Source: Felis catus (Eukaryota). From it: 64,000 bases of DNA. The stretch lies in assembly GCF_018350175.1 (NCBI RefSeq), contig NC_058369.1, positions 14,944,001-15,008,000 of the forward strand, given 5' to 3'. Below are positions 12,911 through 24,899 of the stretch, piece after piece. Both the position numbers and the translations under genes were made by a program. The first letter of the stretch is position 1. The number at the start of each line of letters is the position of its first letter. The notes below the pieces were generated by a model. The model had not been told where the DNA came from, did no database searches, and saw nothing but the letters and a program-made list of their open reading frames with translations.

Positions 12911-12981
12911 CTGCTGGAATGTGGCGGGAATTTGTTCGATACCATCTCCATTGCTGTAAAGGCTGCTCTCTTCAATACAAG
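12911..12981 (+). CDS. EXOSC7: EXOSC7 coding exon 5
   Basis: cctctcttag| ... aag|gtgagt; 71 nt; LLECGGNLFDTISIAVKAALFNT(R); phases fit both neighbouring exons. Confidence 0.97.
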
Positions 12982-14693
12982 GTGAGTCTTCCTGGAAACA
13001 GCCCCGTGGGCCTGCGGAGAACCCCAGCAGACACTTGTGATGGAAGACTCAGGACACTTCTACCAAAGCTTCCAGGGGAAGGTGACAAGGGTTTTAGCAT
13101 GAAAAATGGTGGCCTTTAATGGTAAGCTCTGGATTTCACAAGATAAAACTAAATACATGCATATATTTCTGTATTTGTTTTTTATGTTATTATTTTCATA
13201 AGTAACCATGTCCCATGTAGAAAAATGTTAGAAAACCACAGAGAAGCAAACGGAGTGAAAACCACCCAGAGGTCGACTGTCCAAATACTGTTACTGGGTA
13301 TAGAACTTTGGGGGCGTGGGTTTCACCTGTTGTGCAGTCTGCTACATCCCCACCACCACTAGCAATGCCTGACACAGAGTAGGTGCTCCCATATTCCCCG
13401 ATCGGACACAAGAATGTTCTAAACGCAGGGCGGCAGCCTGCATTTGGGTTTAAGAGCAGGAAGTGGTTACGCCACTGTGGTTAGGCTCCCCGACCAGATG
13501 TGCAGCAAGGGACGAGGCACTCAGCCTTCTTGGAGTTGGCATTCCCTCTAACCGTTTGATCCTGTAGCCTTCTCCCTTTCTACATGCCAGCTTCTTTGAG
13601 GACGGTTTGCAGCATTCAAAAATAAATACATGGGTGGTGACGTTCATGCCACGAGAGAGCTTACATTGAGGGAGTGGAGGACCGTGGGGTTTAGAAAATG
13701 AGGGTTAGAGACTTCTAGGGTTATCGTCTAAGGGGTTAATTGGATAAGTAGGCGAGGGTGTTATTCTAGAATGTTCATCACAGCCTCTTTGTAATGGTGA
13801 CAAGTTGAGAACAACCGGAGTGTCCCAACATAGGGGATTGAAATCCTGCACGGCAGCCTCTTTAGAAGTTTGTTAATACAGAAAGCCAGTCATTAAACAC
13901 AGACCTCTCATCTTGTTTGTTTTGTTGATTTTTACTTTTGGGAACTCGTATATTTAATATGTCTGGATATGTCCCCGGATGGTCATTGTGATTCTTTTCT
14001 AGGGCTCCCATCATAGGCGACTTAACATTCATCTGTATTTTAGAGGTTTTCTATGGTGGATTTAGACTACCTGGGTAATTCAGAAGAAAACAAAAACAGA
14101 GTTAAGTAAATTCAGGTGAGACATTGCAGGATGGAGTACCTGCTGAGAACGAAAGCTGTGGAGCCCCCCACCCCCACCCCAAGCTGTGCCACTAGACCCC
14201 TGGCTGAGACCAGTCAGGAGGTGGGCCACGCACTTGTGGCCACCGTGGGGCCCAAGTACCAGTGCCATTTGTGTCAGCCTGTGCTCGGGCTCTATTGGAG
14301 AAGAAAGGAAGTGGCCATCTGTTGGACCTGGAGCTTTGGAAAGACTCCCCATCTGCCAGCTGGTTTTCCACAGGCACCAGGGCAAAAAGAGAGAGTAGAA
14401 CCAGACAAGGCTCGAGGCTGTCTGGCTGTGGGGGGAAGCGCTGGGCAAGCTGTGCCCCAGGATGGTAAGACCCAGCTGCTCAAGTTGGGGAGGACACCTG
14501 TCCTGGGTGTAGCCAGGAGTCTTGTCCCCAGAACAAGAATAGCCCTGCAGATAGCAAGGGATGTGGACCATGTGAGACATCAGGTCCCCTGATACATGGA
14601 AAGACCATACGTCCAGTTCGTGTCCTTTAGAAGGACAGAGGCTCTTCTGTAGCCCTTCTGCTGAACTGTGTTGTGGCCAAAGTGTCAGGAAGG

Positions 14694-14696
<3 letters not shown>

Positions 14697-14742
<46 letters not shown>
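14697..14742. repeat. (GT)n microsatellite
   Basis: About 23 uninterrupted GT units. Confidence 0.95.
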
Positions 14743-14744
<2 letters not shown>

Positions 14745-15089
14745 ACATAACTGACCCAAAATCAAATGGATTACCTGACTTGCTCAAATAGGATGTTACT
14801 TAGTACTTCCACTCTGGGTACCCTTGACACGGAGACTTTGAGCCAGGGCAGACCCTAGCAGGACTCCTTGGCTCCTGTGGACATTCCCTGGCCGCGGCTT
14901 ATCTGCTGTGGATGTTGCCTTGTGTAGGGACAGCCAACAGGGCTGGAATCATCGACGGCTTTTGTTAGAGGAGCAGGGAAAAGCACCAACGCTGTTTCTA
15001 TCACGGTAGCTGAATGGACCGCCTCTTCCTCCCTGGCTCCCCCACCCCAGACAGAGATGAATGAACTCTGTGGGTTAAATGTATTTTCC

Positions 15090-15967
15090 AGCACGCAGCT
15101 TAAGAAACAACGTGTTCAGGCACCCAGAAGCCCTCTCACCCTCTACCCCTGTGCAGTCACTACACCCACTGAGGAGAACCGTTGTCCTGTAACAATAGAA
15201 TGGTTTTGTCCTTGATATAAATGAAATCATACCGTGTCGTGTTTTTGTGTGTCTGCTTCATTCACTGAGCATGATGTTTTGAGACACTCGTATTGTGGCC
15301 CGGAGTCATAGTTTGCTCTACGCGGCCTGCTGTTCCATTGTGTGACTGTGCCACAGTTGATTTATCCATTCTGCTGTTGATGAGCATCTGGGCAGTTTCC
15401 AGTTTTTTTGGCTATTCCAAACACGAACATTTTTGTATTTTTCTTGCACGTATTTACCCATTTCTGTTGGGTATGGGTGAAAGTTTTGGATCATAAGGCA
15501 TGGCTGTGTTTGGTTTTAGTAGATACACTGCAAAAACAGTTTTCTAAAGTGCTTTTACTGGATGATACTCCCACCAGTGTTGTATAAGCGTCCTGGGTTG
15601 CTTCATATCTTTGCCAACTTGTGGGCTCTTTTTTTTTTTTTTTTTTTTGTCTTTTTAATATCCGTCATTCTAGTGAGTGTCTCTTGGTATCATATTGTTT
15701 TAATTTGCATTTCCTTGATGAATATTTAAGTTGAATATCTTCTTGTATGTTTATCAACTACTTTAGTGGCCTCTTTTACGAAGTCCCCATTCCAGATTTT
15801 TTGCCTATTTTTCTGTTAGGTTGTCTTTTACGTTTGGTAGGAATTCTTTACGTAATATGTCCGCTTATATGTACACATGCACGCACACACACGTTTGCAA
15901 ATATTTTTCTCCATTCTGGATTCTCTTTTTAACTTCTAAATGCTGTCTTTTGACAAACAGAAGTTCA
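15090..15967 (-). mobile_element. Old L1 (L1ME/L1MB-like) 3' region, left part
   Basis: ataaatgaaatcatac, ttcattcactgagcatgatgttttgaga, tttatccattctgctgttgatgagcatctggg and ttttaatttgcatttccttgatg are typical antisense L1 3' sequence. Confidence 0.8.
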
Positions 15968-16227
15968 TATATATATATTTTAATTTTTTTTAATATGAAA
16001 TTTATTGTCAAGTTGGTTTCCATACAACACCCAGTGCTCATCCCAAAAGGTGCCCTCCTCAATACCCATCGCTCACCCTTTCCTCCCTCCCACCCCCCAT
16101 CAACCCTCAGTTTGTTTTCAGTTTTTAACAGTCTCTTATGCTTTGGCTCGCTCCCTCTCTAACCTCTTTTTTTTTTTTCCTTCCCCTCCCCCATGGACTT
16201 CAGTTAAGTTTCTCAGGATCCACATAA
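15968..16227 (-). mobile_element. Young felid-type L1 3' UTR fragment with degenerate poly(A) tail
   Basis: aatatgaaatttattgtcaagttggtttccatacaacacccagtgctcatcccaaaaggtgccctcc...tctcaggatccacataa resembles a carnivore L1 3' end. Confidence 0.85.
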
Positions 16228-17528
16228 TAATTAATTTTGAAACATTGTACAGAGGGCCATTGAGAAAATGTCTCATTCTGCTTTGTGCTGATTATGCATG
16301 CTCTTCTGAAAGTAGAACATCAGCCTGATGTGGGAAGATCATTTCATTTCTAATATCCATTTAGTCAAGATAAAAAATTAGCAATAAATGCAGCTTGTGT
16401 ACAGAGGCCCTGGCCAATGAAATCAAAGAGGTCGGGTTTATCCCTTTAGATAGCTCTGGAGACATTCCCCCCTTTGGGAATGTCTCTACTAGCTTAAGTA
16501 GCTCTTTCCAGAATAATGAAATGTTAGCTATTGATGCTCTCTTAGCCCCCAGGCTTTCTCATCAGCCTTAGTAGCACTTGCTAATACCTTTCAGAACATG
16601 GTCTTCACTTCCATGGGTCTAAATATGTTAATTTGGACAAGTGTTTCTAAATATAGAGCAGATGGACACATTGACGGTAGTTATGGGCAGGGACTCCTCA
16701 GCACTTGCCTAAGTCCTTAGTGACCCAGGCTTTATCTTCATCATCTGTTTACCTGCCAGCATGTTAAAAGTGGACAGGTTGGTCAGTTTCAGAGAAAATA
16801 CAGACACATGTACATTATTCTTCTCTGGTTTTCTAGTTTCTCTGCCTTTATATAGGCAGATGCTGTTACGTTAGCAGTGGTGCAGAGCAAACACTGCTGT
16901 TGGGGCCCGAAGGCCTGCGTTTAGTCTTTGCTCCAACAATTGTTAGTGCCTGTGACCTTGAACAAGTAGTTAAATCTTAGGCAATAAATGAGTCCCTCCT
17001 TGTGGCAGTTAGTGTGTTAGACTCTGAGGATGGGGGGGGGGGGGGGGAGGATAACATTGACCATGGTTTCATTTGTCTTTTTCTGTCTTTGAAGAACATA
17101 ACTGAGTAACAGGCAATTAAAATGTCCAACTCTTATCTATTTCATTGCTTTTTTGTTTTCAATGAAATAATAAATGTGGAAGGATTCCAATAAACTCTAG
17201 AGGATTATCCAGGTACATGGTATTATTTTATTGTAGTGTATTCCATTGGCACACATAATTTTACATATTCAGAATATCTTGGATACAAAGGCCTCCAATG
17301 TCAAAGAAGAGTTTCTGAGTAACAAATGAATTTTGCGTGAAAGTAACAAGGTAAAAACCAAGAAGAATCTCATATAACTGATCACATAATAACTCATCAC
17401 ATTCCCTAACAAGTCCCTCACACCCTGTGTAATTTAAGCATGAAGGGATTCACTCTTAGGTTAAGATTCTTTGCCTTGTTCACAAACAACACAATATAGA
17501 AATCTGTGTGTTAGGTTTTATGATTCTT

Positions 17529-18095
17529 CAGAAGTTCACAGTTCTCAACACAATTGAATCTATCGGGTTTTGTTTTGTTTTTTTTCTCCCTTTATGGTAA
17601 GCCCTTTTTGTGTCCTGTTTAAGAAATCTTTGTCTACGCCAAGATGATGAAGATTGGTTTTAGGTTTTTAGTTTTTCTTCTAAAAGCTTTATTGTTTTGT
17701 CTTTCCCCTTTATCTCTACAGTCCATTTGGTATGGATTTTTATATATGGTATGAGGCGGGGATCAAGATTCCTTTTCTTCCCCCCATGTGCATATCTGAT
17801 TGACCAAGTGTTATTTTTAAATTTTTTTTTTCAACATTTATTTATTTTTGGGACAGAGAGAGACAGAGCATGAATGGGGGAGGGGCAGAGAGAGAGGGAG
17901 ACACAGAATCGGAAACAGGCTCCAGGCTCTGAGCCATCAGCCCAGAGCCTGACGCGGGGCTCGAACTCACGGACCGCGAGATCGTGACCTGGCTGAAGTC
18001 AGACGCTTAACCGACTGCGCCACCCAGGCGCCCCTGACCAAGTGTTATTTTTAAAAAGACCTCCTTCCTCCACTGCTCTCCAGTGTTGCCTGTGC
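17529..18095 (-). mobile_element. Old L1, right part (continuation of 15090-15967), interrupted by a CAN-SINE
   Basis: Resumes at cagaagttca, then tttatggtaagccctttttgtgtcctgtttaagaaatctttg and ttttcttctaaaagctttattgttt, which is colinear antisense L1 sequence. Confidence 0.75.
17819..18034 (-). mobile_element. Young felid CAN-SINE
   Basis: Near-consensus felid SINE; TSD tgaccaagtgttattttt on both sides. Confidence 0.95.
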
Positions 18096-18259
18096 ACTCT
18101 TGGCAGGGATGGTAGGGACGAGGATGATAAAGTACAAGCAGAGTGTGACTTCATCTTGTGAGGCGCAGGAATTCTGACCCCTGTTGTCAGTCTCAAGAAA
18201 AAGAAGTTCTCTTTCTTCCTCACAGTAAGTGGGGATTTTGATTGGGCTTCTGTTTCTAG

Positions 18260-18383
18260 GATCCCAAGAGTTCGGGTTCTAGAGGATGAAGAGGGGTCCA
18301 AGGATATTGAACTCTCGGATGACCCTTATGACTGCATCCGGCTAAGTGTGGAGAATGTCCCCTGCATTGTCACCCTGTGCAAG
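18260..18383 (+). CDS. EXOSC7: EXOSC7 coding exon 6
   Basis: cttctgtttctag| ... aag|gtatgt; 124 nt; (R)IPRVRVLEDEEGSKDIELSDDPYDCIRLSVENVPCIVTLCK. Confidence 0.97.
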
Positions 18384-19454
18384 GTATGTGGTTGTATCTG
18401 ACGGCTTTTGACTTCCTTGTGAGTCTCCTTCAACCCCAACCCATTAAGGTTACTTAGTAGATTGAGAAGTTACAGCTTCACAAATCATATAGAAATAGCT
18501 TTAATCCAAATCCAGTAATTTGATTATTTTAGAAGCCACTATATGAGCAGCTTTTCCTTTTATTTTATTTGTTTTAATTGGAAGGCATGACGGAGTCGCA
18601 GGGGGACCCGAGGGGGTTCATAGTAATAGTAGCCAGAGTTTGTTAAGCTCCTCCATACCAGGCATCTCCCTGAAACACCCTGTGTGCACATTTCCCTTAA
18701 TTCCCTCAATTCTGTGGGGTCTAGGCTGGAAGAATAATAGGGAGGTTGAAGGGCGAACACTGCCCCCTCTGTGGGCTGTAGTGTCCATATCTGTGAAATG
18801 AGGGGTTAGAGCAGGATCTGGGCATCTGTTGTGTCAAGTGTGGCTTTTACATTAGCACCGAGGCCCGTGGAGCCCAAGCTCTGGCTGATGCTGCTGTGTA
18901 CCTGGCGCTGCCCAAGGCCGTGCAGACAGGCCTGCGTTGGCTGAGATTGTCCCTGATTCCGCACAGGATTCATGTAAAAACAGGACTGTATGGGTCAGGT
19001 TTAATTCCACTGAAGTCACTTCACGAGCCTGGGGCTTTGGTGAAATGTGGGGACTGGCCAAAGCCATCTGCACTTGACTCATTTTTGAGCATGTGACTTA
19101 GCTGGCACCCCCTTGATTCATCTTTGTTTTCAGTGAAACATCTGTGTGGCCTCACGTGTCAGTTTCTCCCTGGGCCCCTCTGTTGGAGACTCACTTGGAT
19201 AGTCTCTGAATTATGGCTCTAACCCCACTCCCACCCCACGTTTCCTTTGTATGCTTTTGTTGTTCTGCTGGCAGAGTGGCCCGTGGTAGAATTGCTGAAC
19301 ATCGTTTCAGGCATTTTCCATATGAGCAGAATCTAAAATAAGATCTGGAACGGGCAGTGCAGGTTCTTTGCTGGTGGAGATACTCCCTCCACGAGGCTGT
19401 CCAGGGTGGGCATCTGGGATGTGTGTTACCCGCGTGTGCACTCTGACCTTGCAG

Positions 19455-19610
19455 ATTGGCTACCGGCACGTAGTGGATGCTACTCTCCAGGAGGAGGCCT
19501 GCTCCTTGGCCAGCTTGCTGGTGTCCGTGACCAGCAAGGGAGTCGTGACATGCATGAGGAAAGTGGGGAAGGGCAGCCTGGACCCAGAGAGCATCTTCGA
19601 GATGATGGAG
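19455..19610 (+). CDS. EXOSC7: EXOSC7 coding exon 7
   Basis: ctctgaccttgcag| ... gag|gtaagg; 156 nt; IGYRHVVDATLQEEACSLASLLVSVTSKGVVTCMRKVGKGSLDPESIFEMME (visible inside ORF 19368..19877). Confidence 0.97.
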
Positions 19611-20767
19611 GTAAGGCTTGGCCCTGAAGCAGGTGCAGGCATTGTCTGGGAGTGTTTGCTGCCGCTTCTTACCCCCTTGGTCACACCAGGGGAATTCTGC
19701 CTTGGCGCCCTTGACCCCAGACTTAGAGCTGGGAGAACAGCTGGTGTGAGCTGGTTTCTACTGACATGGCAAAGGGTGGTGGCCGTGGGGGGCTCCGGAC
19801 TGGGAGGTAAGGAACCTGTCAGTGATCGTTCCTTGTCCTCTCCCTCTCTGATCTCACATTTCCATGGTTCTAGATGAAACGGATGAGTGTGTTGGACTGA
19901 TAACGTGGAATCGCTTGTAACTAAAACCCCAGGCTTCCGCGATCTGATGAGGGAACTGGGGTCCCGCCTGACTGCTTCCTGTCCTTTGAAGGGAATGAGA
20001 AAAGGTAGAGCCGGGGGGCTGAAGGATGCCGTCTCCCCGTATGGCTCTAGAAGTGTTCAAAAGGAGACAGACAGGAAATCCTTCCAACTGCCTCGGGGTG
20101 GGTCACTCCCCACGGGTCTCAGGCTGTCAGGCAGCACCAACCATTGGGGTGATGCGTGTGTCTCCCTTACAGGCCTGAAAGGCCCCCGTGGCAAGGACCA
20201 CCTGTGTCTTCCCAGACTCCCCTTCCCCCACATTCGCCTTGACTTTCCAGAAATCTTTGAGGACTCTGACACTGACCGACTGACTGACTGACTTGCCGGG
20301 AACAGAGTTGGCCAGACCCAGGTTTTTTGCTCTGGGTACTGCATCACAACTCAACGCCCAGAGGTCATGGCTGACTAGCAGGCAAGGTTGCCACGCCCAC
20401 TCTTCCTTCACGCCTGGAAACACTGACTTTGCACTGAAGGCTCTAAGCATTTAAAGTCCCTTTTCTCTTTCTGTTGTCTTACTGGAAAGCAAAACTGAGC
20501 GGTGTGCACGGTGTCGAGAACTCAGGCGTGAAGACAGACCACCCGGGCTGGGAGGCAGCTCATCTCAGGGAGAGCGTAACAGCGGTCGGGGTGCCTGCCG
20601 CTGGGCGTGTTGTGAGGCCCCATGACGGCCCCCAAGGGCGTGGGGGTGCGGCAGTGTCGCGGCGTGGGTCTGCCCGGAGCTCAGGTGTCTCTCGCCGTGC
20701 ACGGCAGGGGGATTCTTCGTGGCCGGTTGGTTAATTGGTTAGTTTTTTTAAAAACAAAAACCCTTCA

Positions 20768-20995
20768 GGGGCGCCTGGGTGGCTTAGTCGGTTAAGCGTC
20801 CGACTTCGGCTCAGGTCATGATCTCACGGTCTGTGGGTTCAAGCCCCGCGTCGGGCTCTGTGCTGACAGCTCAGAGCCTGGAGCCTGTTTCAGATTCTGT
20901 GTCTCCCTCTCTCTGTGACCCTCCCCTGTTCACGCTCTGTCTCTGTCTCAAAAATAAATAAACGTTAAAAAAAAAAAATTAAAAAAAAAATAAAA
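20768..20995 (+). mobile_element. CAN-SINE
   Basis: ggggcgcctgggtggc head; TSD aaaaacccttca. Confidence 0.95.
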
Positions 20996-21214
20996 AACCC
21001 TTCAAATACTTTATAAATTCTGCCTCTCTACACAAGTGGCTCTGAAACCTTGTCTTGGAAGGAGCTCTTCTCCCCCACCTCTTCCAGGAGAATTTTACGG
21101 GAATCCCAGTACGTAAAACAAGAAAAGCAGTGAGGAATCACGACAATTTACCGGGCACTCACTATGTGTCAGGTGCTCTGTGTTTAGTGCTTTAAACATA
21201 TTATGTCATTTATC

Positions 21215-21413
21215 TATTTACTTATTTTTAATTTACTTTCGGGAAAGCGCAGGTGGGGGAGGAGCAGAGAGGGGGACAGAGGACCCGAAGCAGGCTCTGT
21301 GCTGACAGGCTGAGAGCGGCGAGCCCGATGCGGGGCTCCAGCTCACAAACCACGAGCTCATGACCTGAGCCAAAGTCAAGATGCCTCCTCCCGACTGAGC
21401 CACCCAGGCACCC
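21215..21413 (-). mobile_element. CAN-SINE inserted in a MIR-like sequence
   Basis: SINE body; flanking tatt(a)tgtcattta duplication. Confidence 0.85.
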
Positions 21414-22322
21414 AACCTATTGTCATTTAGTCCTTAGCCTTCCTGTGGGGCAACCATTGTTGTTATCCTTGGTTTTGCAGACGTGGACATTGAGACAGGT
21501 AGCAGATAGGTAAGTTGCCTGTGGGTTTCCCAGGTCATCATGCCGGCAGTAGGATTCACACCCAGACTGTGCGCTTCTAGGGCTGCCCTGGCACCCCTGC
21601 AGCCACACTGAGCTATTTTTGACCCTACGAACCAGGTAGGCTGCGGCTGCCGTGGCTGGTAGGAGAGCCAGAGCTCTGTCTGGTGAGCCGAGCTACATCC
21701 TCCTCCGGGGCTCGGCAGATGAGGTCTGCAGACCCAGCTCAGGGGGAACCATAGCCCCGTGGTCCTGTCTGACCGCTCTGGCCTCACCCAGGGAAGCAGC
21801 AATCCAGAAATGCCTGTTGTGAAGCTTAAAACATCGGTGGGGGGTTGGCCTCTGCCGTTCACGTTCAGACCTCCCAAGTCCTAGTGTCCTGTCTGTCCCG
21901 TCCCCTCTTACCCCGTCCCTCACCTTCATTCATATGAGTAATCAGTACCCCTCTCTGATCGACTCTGACATGTTCTCCTTCTCTCATGTTATAGTAAAAA
22001 ACCTTTCTGGTCACTTTGGTCCTTAGCCCTGACTTTGCATCTCATGCAAGTGAACACTTCCCATTTTTGGGATGAGATCTTTTCATATGAATTTCCGGCA
22101 ATACTTGGAGTCTCATCCTGTGTTCCAGTTAGGGGCCAGGGGAGAAGTTCCTCGTAACTGGGAGGGTTGAGGCGAGGGTCTAGGCCTGGGTATCTTTCTC
22201 CCTGACATTGCCGAGAATGGAACCGGCAGCACAACTGAATGAAAACTTCTATGGGAATGTGGAAGACTTGACGACGTGGAGACCTGTGGTTGGTTCATCA
22301 TAGTCTTGAAATACACATGAGC

Positions 22323-22528
22323 AGGGTGCCTGGGTGGCTCAGTCGGTTAAGCGTCTGACTTCAGCTCAGGTCATGATCTCCTGGTTCATGAGATCAAGCC
22401 CCGCGTTGGGCTCTGTGCTGTCAGTGCAGAGCCTACTTTAGATCCTCTGTCCCCCTCTCTCTGCGCCTCCCCTGCTCACTCTCTCTCTCTCTCTGTCTCC
22501 CCCTCAAAAATAAACATTAAAAAAAATT
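22323..22528 (+). mobile_element. CAN-SINE
   Basis: Head gggtgcctgggtggctcagtcggttaag, (CT)n tract and A-tail. Confidence 0.92.
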
Positions 22529-23258
22529 ATTCATGAGCTCAGACACAGAAAACAGTTTCATAGAGAAAGATTTTTGTATGTTAGTTCTTTTTGAGGGGCC
22601 CCCTCGTGTCTCCTGTGTGGGGGCTAATTAGGAAGTCTGCGGGTTGTCTGACCTCTTGATGCGTCTTGCTCCTGACATCCCATGCTTTTAGCGTCTCTGC
22701 ATGGCAGCGATACCGGAGACCCTACCCAGGTATCAGCTGGGTCCCCTCTGAACAGTCCTGCTTAGAGATTTGGTGGCAGGTGAATGAGAAACTGCTTGTT
22801 CAAACGTGTCCCCAGAGCCATCTGTTCCTTCATTAGACACACTCTCGGTTCCCTGTGGCCTCCCTCTGCCTTCTCCCCACCGGGCAGCAGGACTCGGCAG
22901 TAACCAAAACCAGGTCTGCTTGACGGTTTTGCTGCTTGTCGTAATGGCAGCGGGAGTGCTAAGCGGGAGCTAATGGCTGAGGCAGCCTTGGCTGCTTCCT
23001 GCTGGCCGCCTGGGCCTGGGGGTAGGTGTTCTCCTTTGTTTTTGTTTTTAGTAGGAGATTTTTCCAGAAGGTAACTGTTCTGTTGTTGTTGTTGTTGTTG
23101 TTTGGGGTTGTTTTTGTATTGACTTGTTTAATTAAATAAAAGTCCCTTAAGGCAGATGGAGCCGGTATAGTTTGGACGGCTGGCAGGCAGCGAGGGAAGC
23201 TCTCCTGGTCTGGGTGTGTGTGCCTCACAGTGGGTGTGTGCTCTCTTCTGCCCTGCAG

Positions 23259-23363
23259 ACTGGCAAGCGAGTGGGCAAGGTGCTGCACGCCTCCCTGCAG
23301 AGCATACTACACAAGGAGGAAAGCCTGGGGCCCAAGAGACAGAAAGTCGGATTCCTGGGATGA
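23259..23363 (+). CDS. EXOSC7: EXOSC7 last coding exon (exon 8) with stop codon
   Basis: ctctcttctgccctgcag|; TGKRVGKVLHASLQSILHKEESLGPKRQKVGFLG-TGA, matching the RRP42 C-terminus. Confidence 0.97.
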   Translation, partial: TGKRVGKVLHASLQSILHKEESLGPKRQKVGFLG

Positions 23364-23477
23364 CTCACGTCAGCGCAAACACGGGCTGCGTGTTTCTTCC
23401 TTTTCCTTTTTTAAGTCGCAGTTTGTATATATTTTTCTTACCTGCTGTAAACCTGAGCTGACATTCGTACGTGTAAA

Positions 23478-23483
23478 ATTAAA
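23478..23483 (+). terminator. Probable EXOSC7 polyadenylation signal (ATTAAA)
   Basis: ATTAAA 115 nt after the stop codon, following a T-rich 3' UTR. Confidence 0.65.
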
Positions 23484-24899
23484 GTCTGTTTTCTAGTCCG
23501 GTTCGGTATGGCTAGAGTTCTTCAGCTGTAAGCCAAGGTGCTGTTCGGTGACCGCCCGGAACGTCTGGCCCTCGTCTAGCCAATGGCAGCTGAGCCCAGG
23601 GTTGCGGTCCGAGGGGGAATTCTCTGGTCGTGCCTCTCCAGGGAGACTCCTTTATCTCCTGCTGCAGGAGTTCAAAACAACAACAACACAAACATGAGAA
23701 TAAGGGCCTGCCAGAAAAGTGGTTTAAAGGAAATGCTTATGATAATGTATTTTGTGAAAACTATTTCCCCTGTAGGGCTTTCAAAACAAGAAAAACACAC
23801 ACACGGTTCATTCTTGTGGATGTGGTGCTTCTGAGGGAGAGAAGGGAGGCATATGCCCCAGATACATACCCGTGGCTTCTGCTGGGCCGGTGAACCTTCC
23901 TCAGTCCCGGGGAAGCCCAGTTCTTGCTTCCTGCCCTCCCAAGAAATTCACGCCGAGCTCCCTAGGGTCGGGGTGCTTAGTGGCCACTTTGCCCCTCAGC
24001 CACAGCTTTCTTATCACTCGTTTTGAAATCGCTCTGCATTTTGTAACCACTCCCTGTGTTTCATAAGATTTCCTTGCTTTATCAGCATGAAGAAGGCTGC
24101 TTCAGAGATGTTGTCATGTGATTACTCAGCCTGTCTTCACACTCTGGGGACAGAGGGAAGGCCATTCTTGATGGCCCCAGAAGGCTCCTCATAGCCTGTA
24201 TTTGACTCACAGCGCAGTGTGTTAGAATTAAGTCTGCTCACAGGTTGAGCAATCTCTGTTTTTTTCCAAACTGAAACTCCCCAGTCAGTCTTACAGAGCT
24301 CTGGGGAAGGAGCTGATTCACCAAGGGCGAGTATTTCAGCCATGGCACTTGCCCTCTGCATTTCGGCTAGACAAATAGGGTGAGGAGTTAGGAACTTAAT
24401 GCCTCATGGAAGGAACATAATGTGAGCTGAAGCCGTTGCAGACTCGTCCCAGAGGCCCTGGCATGGCACCTTCCGGCATGGCCAGGTCCGTCCAGCAGAG
24501 AGAAATAGTGCCTAGACTTGGGGCTGCCGCCCTCTCGAGAACACAACCTGGGTTTTCATTTTTCGTAAATGCTTTTCCAGCGATTGTTCCTCCAGGCACC
24601 GTGACAGTGCTCCCAACACATCAGCCTGCTCCTCCCGCCCCTGCTCCTGGCTGACTGCCCGTGATGGAACATTGACAGTGGTCAAGAGGCAGCCAGACTT
24701 TGGATCAAGTTTAGAAGCTTCAGTCTTGCTGATTAAAGACCTCAGACGGACGAGGCTTTGCCAGGCTGGGGGGTATGACCGCTGCCCAACTGGGCTGACT
24801 GGCCGAGCGGTGAAAATGGAGGTGAGAAATATGTTAGCATCTGTCTCTGCCACCACCTTTCCTGAAGGCCACCCCTCTTGGTAAGAAGTGCATATCACA

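Noticed and set aside
14080..14787. 235-aa minus-strand ORF and the overlapping 158-aa plus-strand ORF
   Set aside because: They are intronic, the longer one runs through the (GT)n microsatellite (THTHTH), and there is no recognisable domain or codon bias.
19368..19877. 169-aa ORF read as a single-exon gene
   Set aside because: Only 19455-19610 is coding (EXOSC7 exon 7); the flanks are open intron sequence.
20768..20850. tRNA-like A/B-box sequences at SINE heads
   Set aside because: These are tRNA-derived SINE promoters followed by SINE body and tail, not tRNA genes.
7716..23258. Intronic snoRNA or miRNA in EXOSC7
   Set aside because: Scattered TGATGA/CTGA words are present, but I found no convincing box C/D pair with a terminal stem and no long pre-miRNA hairpin. 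An Infernal/Rfam scan would be needed to exclude them fully.
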